Positions 12,500 to 25,082 of a stretch of 64,000 bases of DNA are shown here, piece after piece. Position 1 is the first letter of the stretch, and each line of letters begins with the position of its first letter. The DNA comes from Chiloscyllium plagiosum. Taxonomy: Eukaryota. Below the pieces are notes generated by a model. That model did no database searches and was not told where the DNA came from. It saw nothing but the letters and a program-made list of their open reading frames with translations. Made by a program: the position numbers and the translations under genes. The stretch spans positions 91,736,222-91,800,221 of the forward strand of contig NC_057720.1 of assembly GCF_004010195.1 (NCBI RefSeq). The letters run 5' to 3'.

Positions 12500-12879
12500 G
12501 ATGAAGAAGATTCAGTCTCTGTCTCTGTGTGCTTTGGGAATGGACCACACCGTTCAGCTGATTGGCTGCATTTCAGCATGACGTTGTCACAATTGGCTGC
12601 TTGGCCTGTCAATCAATAAGATATCTGTTGTGTATTGACTGCCAGCTAATCATCAATCACTTTCAAATGATCTCTTCCATCTGGAATCTGTGGAGGTTAC
12701 AAGATTCCAAACAGAACAGAAACTGAAATCTGTTGGGACTCAATGATTACAATCTAAGGCATTCCCCTTCACTCTGTTGGTCCAGGCCCAGTTGCTGGGA
12801 TTGCACTGTCCACTCTCTGCTGCATGCTGGATAGTACCTGAAATGATCTTAGGTCAATCGCTGATACTGCAGGCTGCGT

Positions 12880-13110
12880 CTCTCTGAATGTGAGTGTACT
12901 ACATAATACTGCCTGTAGATGTCACTCTGAGTGTGGGTGTATTATTCAGAGAGACACCTCCAGGCAGCATGGAGTGTGAGCATGTTACTCAGTGCTGCCT
13001 GTAAGTGGCTCTGAGTGTGTGCGTGCTATTCTGTACTGCGTGTAGGTATCGCACTGAGTGTGATTGTGTCACTCTGTGCTGCCTGTAGGTGTTGCTAAGG
13101 CATTTGTCTC
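12880..13110. repeat. Degenerate ~40-bp tandem repeat 3' of C
   Basis: Recurring CTGAGTGTG...TACT...CTGCCTGTAG units. An inverted paralog lies at about 41940-42170. Confidence 0.55.
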
Positions 13111-13199
13111 TGAGTGATGGACAGAGAATGGGCTTTGTGATGGGGATTGAAGATGAGGCTTTAATCTTCCGAAATCTCGGATGAAAAACAATTCAGTCT

Positions 13200-13325
13200 T
13201 TATTAAACTTCACACAACACCAGGTTAGAGTCAAACAGGCTTCTTTGGAAGTACAAGCTTTCGGAGCGCTGCTCCTTCATCAGGTAGCTAGTGGGGCTGA
13301 ATCGTTGGACACAGAATTTATAGTA
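13200..13325 (-). mobile_element. Short Penelope-related repeat with a hammerhead-like core
   Basis: The minus strand reads CTGATGA-A-GGAGC-AGC-GCTCC-GAAA at 13283-13259. Related copies lie at about 41690-41815 and 19688-19830. Confidence 0.6.
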
Positions 13326-14445
13326 AATTGAGATGGTAGCTGAGAAAGGTGAATGCTGAGAGTGTATTCTCAGTAAGGGAGGGATTTCAGAGGCAGTGCA
13401 CACTGTGTTCCCTAATGTGTTGCCCGATTACAAGGGGATATTCTGGAGCTGGGGTCATTGCAATAGTGGCTGCCTGCCCAGCCAATGCTGACTAACCCTA
13501 ATTGTATTTCAATGGTCAATTAGCTCTAAACTAGATGCAGCAATATTACGTTACAGGGAGGGGAGTTGTCTGAACAAGAGAGGNNNNNNNNNNNNNNNNN
13601 NNNNNNNNNNNNNNNNNNNNNNNNNNNNNNNNNNNNNNNNNNNNNNNNNNNNNNNNNNNNNNNNNNNNNNNNNNNNNNNNNNNNNNNNNNNNNNNNNNNN
13701 NNNNNNNNNNNNNNNNNNNNNNNNNNNNNNNNNNNNNNNNNNNNNNNNNNNNNNNNNNNNNNNNNNNNNNNNNNNNNNNNNNNNNNNNNNNNNNNNNNNN
13801 NNNNNNNNNNNNNNNNNNNNNNNNNNNNNNNNNNNNNNNNNNNNNNNNNNNNNNNNNNNNNNNNNNNNNNNNNNNNNNNNNNNNNNNNNNNNNNNNNNNN
13901 NNNNNNNNNNNNNNNNNNNNNNNNNNNNNNNNNNNNNNNNNNNNNNNNNNNNNNNNNNNNNNNNNNNNNNNNNNNNNNNNNNNNNNNNNNNNNNNNNNNN
14001 NNNNNNNNNNNNNNNNNNNNNNNNNNNNNNNNNNNNNNNNNNNNNNNNNNNNNNNNNNNNNNNNNNNNNNNNNNNNNNNNNNNNNNNNNNNNNNNNNNNN
14101 NNNNNNNNNNNNNNNNNNNNNNNNNNNNNNNNNNNNNNNNNNNNNNNNNNNNNNNNNNNNNNNNNNNNNNNNNNNNNNNNNNNNNNNNNNNNNNNNNNNN
14201 NNNNNNNNNNNNNNNNNNNNNNNNNNNNNNNNNNNNNNNNNNNNNNNNNNNNNNNNNCACTGAGCCACCACGCCACCCATACAAAAGGCCCAAAGAGTTG
14301 AGCTTTTGTTAAGTTCCGTGAGCCTGATGTGATATAAGCTATAAACACACAACCCTCTGTCAGGGAAGGTAGTGGATGCTGGAAACCTTACAACCTTTAA
14401 ATATCATAACATTCAAGGATTTGGGATAAGTGCAGGAAATTGGGA

Positions 14446-14945
14446 NNNNNNNNNNNNNNNNNNNNNNNNNNNNNNNNNNNNNNNNNNNNNNNNNNNNNNN
14501 NNNNNNNNNNNNNNNNNNNNNNNNNNNNNNNNNNNNNNNNNNNNNNNNNNNNNNNNNNNNNNNNNNNNNNNNNNNNNNNNNNNNNNNNNNNNNNNNNNNN
14601 NNNNNNNNNNNNNNNNNNNNNNNNNNNNNNNNNNNNNNNNNNNNNNNNNNNNNNNNNNNNNNNNNNNNNNNNNNNNNNNNNNNNNNNNNNNNNNNNNNNN
14701 NNNNNNNNNNNNNNNNNNNNNNNNNNNNNNNNNNNNNNNNNNNNNNNNNNNNNNNNNNNNNNNNNNNNNNNNNNNNNNNNNNNNNNNNNNNNNNNNNNNN
14801 NNNNNNNNNNNNNNNNNNNNNNNNNNNNNNNNNNNNNNNNNNNNNNNNNNNNNNNNNNNNNNNNNNNNNNNNNNNNNNNNNNNNNNNNNNNNNNNNNNNN
14901 NNNNNNNNNNNNNNNNNNNNNNNNNNNNNNNNNNNNNNNNNNNNN
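14446..14945. other. Assembly gap of exactly 500 N (probable unsized scaffold join)
   Basis: Round length, identical to the gap at 35272-35771. Confidence 0.8.
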
Positions 14946-15260
14946 GTTGATTGAACCAAGTCAGAGTAATTGGAGTTCTCCTGTAGCATTGGTTCCTGAA
15001 CCAAACTGTTCAATTTGATTCTGTGTAGACTCTAAGAAAGTGAAGATAGTCACAAAGCCAGATTCATTCCCTATTCCCAGACGAGAAGATTGCATAGATA
15101 AGATTGGAAGTGTACCATTCTTTTCTAAAATTGATTTGTTAAAAGGGTGTTGATAAGACCTCATTGATAACTAGAACTATGTGAGTTTCTGTACCTCTTA
15201 CACCTTCAGGATTATACCAAATTGCCATTTGAGCTTAAGAGTGCGCCAGTCACATTTGAA
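14946..15260 (+). mobile_element. Ty3/Gypsy LTR-retrotransposon RT fragment
   Basis: Translates as LIEPSQSNWSSPVALVPEPNCSI*FCVDSKKVKIVTKPDSFPIPRREDCIDKIGSVPFFSKIDLLKGC, matching the typical Gypsy RT N-terminal motifs. Confidence 0.85.
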
Positions 15261-15839
15261 TGATTATCGTGAAAGTGAACAAGGTCACACTTCCCCACCT
15301 TACACTCCAACTGCCCAATATTTTCCAAAGCCCACCTGTATCTAATATTCAGCAGGATAGACCTTCACTGAGAAACAGCCATTTGTAACAAGAATAATTA
15401 CACATCTCTGAGAATCATATTAATAATCGTTTTTATTGAAGCTTTCATTAGTTCTGTGTTGATTGACACAATGTTTTGGCTTGGGCTTTGCTGTCTGTCC
15501 AAACCATCTATAATGTCTTTACTGCAATGGTTCACATTTACATCATCAAGCTTACACTCCAAATATCCCATCATTATTCTCCGTGGGATTCACTGGCATT
15601 GGCTCAGATCGGACTCCCAGCAGCCCAGAATGAGGGAGGGATGGGGCTCAGAAAGAGAGAGAGAGAGAGATGGGAGCTTTGAGAGAGAGGGAGGTGGAGC
15701 TTGGAGAGAGAAAAGAGGGATTAAAATCAGAGTGAGATCCATGCAGCTGAGGTAGAGAGGGAGGAGGGGGGATACAGCAAGAGAGAGAGATGGAGGTCAA
15801 GGAGTTGTATATCAAAGATAAATTATACTCTATTAAATA

Positions 15840-18175
15840 CTGCCCTGGATGAATGCTATATGACTCTCTGACTCTATCGATACTGTCTACAATGCTGCCA
15901 AACTTTGTGTCATTAGCAAACTGAAATATCTGACTTTCTACGATATTATCCAAGTCATTGATAAATAATGTAACTAATTGAGGTGTGAGCACACATTCCT
16001 ATTGGACGCCACTGGTCACATCCTGCCAATTTCAGCACTTACCCATTATCCCTATTTTCGGTCACCTGTCACTCAACCAGCATTCCAATGTGTCAGTATT
16101 TTAGCCTCAATTCTGTGGACTTCTATCGAAGTTGATGTTTTCTTACATAGGACACTAGCAAATGCCTTCTGGAAGTCCCTATAAACAACATCCATAGACA
16201 TTAATGCGTCCAGTACGTTAGTCTCCTCTTCAAAAAAGTTCAATGAGGTTTTTCACCATGACCACCTTGTCATGAATCCATGCTGACTCTCCCTGAAAAA
16301 CTGATCATTTTCAAGGTCTTCAGTTACGCCCATCCTTGCTTATAGACTTAACAATTCCCGCACTACAAACGCTAGCTTAGTGACCTGTAATTCCCCGGAT
16401 TTTCTCTCACATCCTTGTTAAATGTGAAGTGACATTTGCAAATTTCCAAGCCAGAGGTACGAATCCTGTATCCAGGGAACACTGAAAGATTATAGTCAGG
16501 GTGTCTAAATGTGGTCTGTTACTACCTTTATCACCCACAGATGGAGAATGTCAGATCCTGAGGGTTTGTCACTCTTTAGTTACATTATTTTCCTCATTAC
16601 AGACGTTTCACTGACATTAATTTTATTCAGTCCCTGTCCCTGATCCTGTGTTAATTCCTTTGGGACTTCAGGCAAGTCCTCCTCCTTTTCTACTGCAAAT
16701 CTTGAGGTAAAGTATTTATTTAACATGGCTGTCATTTCCCCATTGTCACTGACAATATCCCCCACTTTCAGTCTTTAATGGCCAACATTGCTCTTGACCT
16801 CCCAGCTTCCCTTTTATGGAACTGTAACATTTCTCCTTATTGATTTTGATTTCCCTTACATGTTCCCTTTCAGAATCCCTTTTGGTGGCTCTTCGAAGCT
16901 GCTTTGTGGCCCTTTGTATCTTTCCCATTCAGCAGATTAAGTTATTTTACATGCTTTTTTGTAAGCCCTTGTTTTAGTTTTATTCTTTCCCTAATCTCTT
17001 TTATTGTCCATAGTTGTTTGTTCGAAGAAGTGGAGCTTTCCCCTCTCAGGTATAAACTGGTTTTGTTTTATGTTGAATGTTTCTTTAAACATTCCCCACT
17101 GTTCTTCAGTTGCTTTATTCATGAGCAGATTTTCCCAGTTTATTGTGGACAGTCGCTGTCTCATCTCGTTAAAGTCGGGCCTTACCTTAATCTCAAACTC
17201 TAGCAGCTGATTCATGCTTTTCACTTTCAAATGTGACATTGAACTCGATCATGTTATGATCACTATTTGATAAATGTTCATGTACAAATAGTTGCTAACT
17301 AAATCTGGTTCATTATTCATTACTAATTCCAATATGCTTGTCCCCTTGTTGTATCCAGGACATATTGCTGTTGGAAACAATTCCGGATACCCTCCAGAAA
17401 TTCACTACCTTTCTGACAGAGTACTTGTCTCTCTCCCAATCTAAGTTAAAATTAAACTTCCCCATTAATAATGCACTGGCTTTGCTGCACACTTGCCTAA
17501 TTCCTACATTTATACAATCCAGCACCTCAGAACTGCTGCCGGGGGAGGGGGGGGGGGGTCTGTCTTCAACATCTATTACAGTTTTAGATCCTTTCCTGCT
17601 TCTCAGTTCCACTGAATGCTTTCCCCTCATTATAACCTCCCTCACCATTGAAGTAATTTTGTTTCTAATGAATAAGGCTGCTCCTCCTCTTTATTCTGCA
17701 AATATATCTCAGTAATTGATCCTACAGCAGAATCTTAAATTTGAATTTGTGCCCGCAGATTATTGAATTTATTCCTTATGCTCCGTGCATTCATATATAG
17801 AACTCTCATTTGGTCCATTCACTGGAATCTGTTCCTCAGCACTGATGCTGTATTCACCTCTTTCTTATTTCTCTCTATCTGTTTCATCAATATACTTCTG
17901 ATAGCTTTCCTGATATTGCCCACATAGGACCTTTTGCCTATGTTGCCAATGTTGTTGGTCTCAACACGCACAACAACAACTAGATCCTCCTCCCGCCCCC
18001 ACTCCAATATCCTTTCAAGCTGGTTCGAGATGCCCCTTACCTTGGCACCAGGAAGGCAACACACCATGTGGGACTCTCAATACTGCTCACAAAGGATGCT
18101 ATTAGTCCCCCTCATTATCAAATCCTCCTCTTTCCTTTGTTCTCGCCCTGCCTGAATGGCCTCCTGGACCATGGT
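15840..18175 (-). mobile_element. Old CR1-type LINE, heavily degenerate
   Basis: Fragments LFINDLD...QFANDTK (RT) and VCCLPGAKVRGISNQL...VETNNIG (CR1 ORF1 esterase-like). Confidence 0.8.
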
Positions 18176-19273
18176 GCAGTGGTTTTCATTCATTCATTCA
18201 TAGGATATGGGCATCTCTGGCCAAGCCAATATTTACTGCCCATAAGGCAGTTAACAGACAACCACATGGAATCATACAATCATAGGGGAAATGAGGAAAC
18301 TGGTGAAGTTGAGTCTCTTTCAGTACATGGTTGAAGAGCTCATTTCCCCTCCCTCCACCTTACCCCAGTTCCAACCTTCCAGATCAGCATTGTCCTCATG
18401 ACCTGTCCTACCTGCCAGTCTCCCTTCCCACCTATCAGCTCCACCCTCCCCTCTGACCTATCACCTCCACCCCCAGCCCCATTCATCTATTGTACTCTTT
18501 TCTACCTTCCCCCACCCTCCTCTCCGACCTATCACCTCCATCTCCACCCCCATTCACCTATTGTATTTGAAACTTACAGAGTTATGGTCACTATCACCAA
18601 AATGCTCACACTCCCGACAATCCTTTCCCTCATTGACACAGGGAGCAAGTATCTCATTCCTTTTGGACAATGAGCTGAGACTACTGCAATACTAAATTCA
18701 GGCTGCATCGACCTGCTCACTTATAGTCACACCCTCCTGACCCAGAGCACTGGCCATAATTTGAAGCATTTAACCTACAAGGTGTGACTGCCTCTCCAAC
18801 CACAATGTCCAGGTAACTCCCCCCCCTCCCCGATGTGTCGCAGTGTTTGAAGCTCAGACTCCAGCTCATCATCTCTGAGCAACCGACACTTGCTGCAGAT
18901 GTGGTCACTCTGAGCTACAATGGGCTCCACCAGCTTCCCCATCGCAATTACTACACATCGCCTGGCCCTGTATGTGGAAATTATTTGAGGAGATTTTAAT
19001 TTAAAAAAAAAAAATTTGCTGTTAGTCTTTAATTTTTAATCAGTAAAATATTTCCATCAAGGAGACAGAGAAGGCTCCAGCTCAGAAGGAGGCTCTTCAG
19101 CCCCTCATGTCAGTGCTAGCCATTTAGTAACCTCATTCACAATGAACATCTCCGTTGAATGTTTGTTGTCAGGAAGTGATTGAGTCTGTTTTTAGAGAGA
19201 GAATAACGGACAAATATGAACCGGTCCCAGAGAATCAGCATGGATTTACAAAGGTTCAGATATTGAAGGTTCA

Positions 19274-19561
19274 GCATGGTGGCTCAGTGGTTAGCACTGC
19301 TGCCTCACAGCCCCAGGAGCCAAGGTTAAATTCCAACCTTGGGTGTGTGTAGAGTTTGTACATTCTCCCTGTGTCTGTGTGGGTTTCCTCCCACAGTCCA
19401 AAGATGTGCAGGTCAGGTGAATTGGCCATTCTAAATTGCCCACAGTGTTAGGTGCATTAGTTCAGAGGGAAATGGGTCTGGATGGGTTTCTCTTCAGAGG
19501 GTCAGTGTGGATTTGTTGGGCCAAAGGGTCTGTTTCACACTGTAGGGAATCTAATCTAATC
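19274..19561 (+). mobile_element. HE1/V-SINE-like SINE
   Basis: tRNA-like head, conserved central domain and (TAATC)n tail. Confidence 0.85.
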
Positions 19562-20499
19562 TTTAACTAACTAGGTAACACATTGGTGGAGCTCCTTAAT
19601 GTGGGATATAAGGGAATGTCGATGGCTATTGTCCATAGGGAATTCCAGAAGACATTTAAGAACATTCCACAAAAGAAACATGGAATCAGGTCTTACACTC
19701 CACAATCACTTGATGAAGGAGCACCGCTCAGAAAGCTGGTGTTTCCAAATCAACCTGGTGGACTACAATCTGGTTTTCTGAGATTTTTAACTTTGTACAC
19801 GACAGTCCAACACTGGCACATCCAAATCATGGAATCGGATGGAATTTGAGAAATGCATTTACCTTGGGTCAGGAATGGGTCTGTCGAGGAGACAGAGAGG
19901 AAGGATAATGTGCATGTGTTCCAATGAGCCAGATGTGAATAGTGGTGTTGCCAGGGATCTGTGCTGGGACCTCAGCTTTTCACGATATTTCTCAATGACT
20001 TGAATGAAGAAACAAAGAGCCATATATCCAAGATTGCTGACCACACTGAGGTGGCTTGGAGGAGGTCACAGAGATAGGGAGGATGGAAGGACAGGAAGCA
20101 GATTGAGAACAAGGATGAGAATTTGAAAATCAAGGTGTTGCTGGACCAGGAGCTGATGTCGGTCAGTGAGGATTGTGGTGGTCATGGTGGGATGGAAGAC
20201 AGGGGCGGGGTGTGGGGTGGACTTGGTGTGAATTTGAACACTGATAGCAAAGTTTGGGATGAGCTGACATTTACGGAAGGCAGTGGTTGTGACGTGGGCG
20301 TGGATAACATTGGAATGGTCACATTTGGAGTCCCAAAAAAATGGCTGAGAGTTTCAGTGGCTGATATTTGTGATGTGGGGGACTTGGGCCTCAAATCAGC
20401 CTCAAAAATGAGGCCAAAGTTGTATTGAGCAGCAGACAGTGCTCAGGGAGAGGGATGGAGTTTGTACCGGGAGCTGAAGAGGATGACTTTGATCTTCCC

Positions 20500-20765
20500 A
20501 ATGTGTTTCTCAGGGAACCTGGCTCCTCAGTCCTGACTGCTCTTAGCTGCTGTGATTGTCACTGATTGGACTCTTATTATTAGAGATTCTGACCACAGCA
20601 GAAAGCCCCAGTGTGAAAAATAACTGCCAAGACTGTCAGATCGCAAGGTTGAAACTTCACCAATAGAGGAAGTGAAAGAAGGAGCTCGGAGCAGCTGGAC
20701 GTGTGTTACTAAGACAGGAGAAAACGGTGAGCCATCTCCACTTCCTGGAAGCTGACAGCACAGGA
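20500..20765. promoter_or_regulatory. Candidate distal B-cell enhancer upstream of cluster 2
   Basis: ATTGG 20565-20569, Runx ACCACA 20592-20597, EICE GGAAGTGAAA 20668-20677 and E-box CAGCTG 20692-20697. All four are preserved in the inverted paralog at about 62495-62760. Confidence 0.5.
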
Positions 20766-21039
20766 GGAGGCCATTCAGCCCATCATGCCTTTGAATTACT
20801 CAATTAGCCCCATTGCTCTCTCTCCCCATAACTCAGCAAATCTTTCCTTTTTAGCTCAATCTCCAATTCCCTCTTATAGATCTCATGTCCACAGAGTGAT
20901 ACCGCTCTGAAGCTGGGCTTCAAATTGGCATCTCATTCATTCATTGTGAGACAAACTGCCTGGGCTGGGAAATGGAGCTCAGGACCCTGAACATTCCCTC
21001 TCCCCTCCTTAGGGACACTTGATTTAGTTTTAAATATTC

Positions 21040-23160
21040 ACTCGTGAGAAGTGGGTGTCACTGGCTGGGACAACATTTTTTACCCTATCCCTAATTGCCC
21101 TGCAGAAGGTGGTGGGAAGCTGCCTTCTTGAATTGTAAGAGTCCACAAGCTGTAAATTGACCCACAATGCTCTTGGGGAGGGAATGCCAGCATTTTGACC
21201 CAGTGACCATGAAGGAACAGTGATACATTTCCAAGTCAGGATGCTAAACGTTTTTTGAAGGGAACTTGCAGCTCATAGTGTTCCCGTGTATCTGCTGCTC
21301 TTGTTCTAAATGAATGTGGACGTGGGTTTGGAAGGGAACCATAAGGACTGCAAATGATGTAAATCCGAGACAAAATAGAAATTGCTGGAAAAGCTCAGCA
21401 GGTCTGGCAGCATCTGTGAAGAGAAATCAGTGTTCACATTTCGTGCTCTGATTTGTCTCCACAGATGCTGCCAGATCTGTTGAGCTTTTTGTGCAATTTC
21501 TATTTTCCCATATGGGTTTGGAAGGTGCTATCTGAGGATCTTTGGTGAGTTTCTGCTGAGCATCTTATCAATAATACACGCTGCTGCTATGGAGCAGTGG
21601 TGGGAGTGGATGCTTTATGGATGTGATGCCAATCAAGGAGGCAGCTTGGCTCTGGATGGTAGCAAGCTTTCTGAGTGGATAAGAATGACATAGGATATAA
21701 TAGACATAGACAGGAATGGATTAGAGGGATATGGGCCAAATGCAGGCAAATGAGACTAGTTCACTTCAGAAAACCTGATCAGAATATAGAAGTTTGGCTT
21801 AAGGGTTTGTTTCTGTGCTGCATGCCTCTGTGACACCATTATTCTATGAATGTTGTTGGAGCTGCATCCATCCAGGCAAGTGGGGAATATTCGATCACAC
21901 TCCTGACTTGGTTGACAGGCTTTGGACGAATCAGGAGGTGAGTTACTCGATGCAGTATTCCTCGCCTCTAACCTGCTCATGTAATCACTGTGTTTCTGTG
22001 GTGAGTCCAGTTGAGTTTCTGGTCAATGGAACCTCAGAATGTTGATAGTGGGGATTCAGTGATGGTTATAGCATTGACTGTCAAGGGGCGATAGCTCGAT
22101 TGTCTCTTATTGGTGATGGTCATTGGCTGGTATTTGCATGGCACCAATGGGAAATATTGCTTCTCAGATGAAACCTGGGTATTGTGCAGAAATTGCTGCA
22201 TTCAAACATGGACTGTTTCAGTATATGAGACATTGAGATTGTGCACACATTGGCAATGCTCCCCATTCATGATCATTGCCTTGAGTTGCAATATCTGTTT
22301 GGAGTCTGTCCTATTTAGCACAGTAATAGTACCACACACCAAAATGGAGGGTATTCTCAATGTGAAGGTTAAACTTTATTTCTACAAGGACTGTGTTATG
22401 GTCACTCTTACCAATACTGTCAAGGACAGATGCATCTACAGCCGCAAGATTGGTGAGGATGAGTTCAAGTACATTTTTCATTCTGTTTGGTTCCTTCACC
22501 ACCAGCTGCAGAGCCAGTCCCTCAGCTACACCCATTAGGAACCAACCAGCTCGATCAGTAATGCTGCTGCCGAGCCACTCTCAGTGGACCTTGAAACCCC
22601 CCCACCCAGAGTACATTCTGTGCTGTCACCACCCTCAGTGCTTCCTCCAAATGCTGTTCAACATGGAGGAGAGACTGATTCATCAGCCGAGGGACCAACA
22701 TATCTTGTAATCACCAGGAAGTTTCCTCGCCCATGTTTAGGCTGGAGTCATGAGACTTCATGGGGTCTGGAATCAACTTTGTGGCCTCTCAGGGTAACTC
22801 CCTCCTGGCTGTAGACCACTGTGTCATCAGCTCTGCTGGGTTTGCCTTTCTGGTGGGACAGGACACATGCAGGGACAGTGATGGTGATGTCTGGGACATT
22901 GTCTGTAAGGTATGGTTCTGTGAGTATGGCTGTGTCAAGCTGTTGCTTGACTAGTCTGTGAGACAGCTCTCCTGAATTTGGCACTTGCCCTCAGATGTCA
23001 GTAAGGAGGATTGAGCAGGTATGTAAATACCTTTACTGTGTCTGCATCGATGCCTGTGGTCCGTCCGGTTTCATCTCTTTGTTAAGAGGTCGTCACAATT
23101 GATACAACTGAGAGCCTTTCTCGGCCATTTCACAGGGCAATAGAGAGTCAACCACATTGC
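21040..23160 (-). mobile_element. Non-LTR retroelement (CR1/L2-like) fragments, second family
   Basis: Endonuclease-like fragments ELSHRLVKQQLDTAILTEPYL and VVKEPNRMKNVLELILTN...SDHNTV. Another copy lies at about 61806-62310. Confidence 0.7.
21372..21506. repeat. Imperfect ~135-bp palindrome (hairpin-forming insertion)
   Basis: AAAATAGAAATTGC...TCTGGCAGCATCTGTG is complementary to CACAGATGCTGCCAGA...GCAATTTCTATTTT. It is flanked by the 13-bp direct repeat TGGGTTTGGAAGG at 21323-21335 and 21513-21525. Confidence 0.85.
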
Positions 23161-23814
23161 TGGGGGACAGTGCCAAGGATCCCAACATCACATTCTGACC
23201 TCCCCGACTTTCCCATTCTGAATGTGGAAGGCTGAAGCCTGCCAGCAGGATATTCAACTGCAGGAGCTTTCACAGCCACTGCACAATTCTGTCCCCACAT
23301 TAATTCAACACAAATGTTGAATTCACATCGCACCTTCAAGATCCAAAACATTCCAAGAGGGTTCACAAAGTTGCAGTAAGAGGAATGGGGGAGGGTGGTG
23401 GATGAACATAAGAACTAGGAGCAGGAGCAGGCAATTCAGCCCCTCGAGCCCACTCCACCATTTAATACAATCATGGCTGATCCCATCACAGACTCAACTC
23501 CACTTTCCTGCTCACTCTCCATCATCCTTTAACCCATTACTCATTAAATGTCTGCCCATTTCCTCCTTGGTGTGAGACAGGGAAGGGACCACTCCATTTC
23601 AGACAGTTGGGCTTTATGGAGCAGGTGGAAGGAAGGTGGGAGAGGACATCAGGATTATGGAGTTAGGAGGTGGGATGAACAGGAATAAGGGTTTCTGTGG
23701 TCAAGGGGCTGACGTAGTGCAGAGAGACAATGTTGTGGAGATAGAAAAGAGGCCTACGTGATGGAGAGGATGTGCGGTTTGAAGCTCAGATACTGAAGGG
23801 TGCAGTGGCATGGA

Positions 23815-24160
23815 AGCCCATGTTTACTGGTCTCTATTGGAGGATCCAGTGGGAACAGGATGCATGCCTACTGGTCTCTATTGTAAGGTTCAGGGGAAAG
23901 AAGGCCCTCGTTTACTGGTCTCTACTGAAGTGTCTTGCGAGATGGTGACCCATATTTACTGGAGTCTATTGTAGTATCCAGTGGGCTGTGGGCCTGTGAT
24001 TACTGGTGTCTATTGAAGGGCCCAGTGTAATGGAGATCCATGTTTACTGATATGTATTGGGTGATCCAATGGTATGGAGATCCATATATACTGGTCTTTG
24101 CTGGACATCCAGTGGGAAGGAGGCCTATGTTTCCTGGTCTCCATTAGAGAGTCCAGTGGG
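23815..24160. repeat. Degenerate ~43-44-bp minisatellite, about 8 units
   Basis: Recurring CATGTTTACTGGTCTCTATTG core. Reverse-complement units occur at about 56495-56625, 58950-59095 and 60330-60420. Confidence 0.75.
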
Positions 24161-25050
24161 TCATGGACATCATGGTGGGTGTGGGGCTCAGTTCCTTTCT
24201 GTTGTAATTGTGTGATGGTCCTGACCTCATCCCAGTAAAACACCCTGACCCAGAGCCTGACTGTGGAAGGGGAAGGAGAGGGGAAGGGATTGGAACATGT
24301 TGTGAATGGACAGGATGGGTCAATGGGTCAGAGCCTGTCCTGTCCCCCCAGCTCACACTGATAGCCTGAGGATCTCCTCTCTCTGCTGGACCTTCATGGA
24401 ATGAGGTTTGTGTCCAAATCAGTCCTCAGTGAGAATAGGCCAACAACACAGAACTGTCTTCATTTAACAAGAATCTAATGCCTGGTCAATGTGGGAAATA
24501 AGGCCTTACTCCAGGAGAAGACATGCTTCTGAGGTTAAGGGTTAACATCCATTGTTGTGGTTGTGTTCGCCGAGCTGGGAATTTGTGTTGCAGACGTTTC
24601 GTCCCCTGTCTAGGTGACATCCTCAGTGCTTGGGAGCCTCCTGTGAAGCGCTTCTGTGATGTTTCCTCTGGCATTTATAGTGATTTGTCTCTGCCGCTTC
24701 CGGTTGTCAGTTCCAGCTGTCTGNNNNNNNNNNNNNNNNNNNNNNNNNNNNNNNNNNNNNNNNNNNNNNNNNNNNNNNNNNNNNNNNNNNNNNNNNNNNN
24801 NNNNNNNNNNNNNNNNNNNNNNNNNNNNNNNNNNNNNNNNNNNNNNNNNNNNNNNNNNNNNNNNNNNNNNNNNNNNNNNNNNNNNNNNNNNNNNNNNNNN
24901 NNNNNNNNNNNNNNNNNNNNNNNNNNNNNNNNNNNNNNNNNNNNNNNNNNNNNNNNNNNNNNNNNNNNNNNNNNNNNNNNNNNNNNNNNNNNNNNNNNNN
25001 NNNNNNNNNNNNNNNNNNNNNNNNNNNNNNNNNNNNNNNNNNNNNNNNNN

Positions 25051-25082
<32 letters not shown>

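Noticed and set aside
23815-24160. Regularly spaced repeats superficially like a CRISPR array
   Set aside because: Vertebrate context, degenerate tandem units without unique spacers, and no cas genes; this is a minisatellite.
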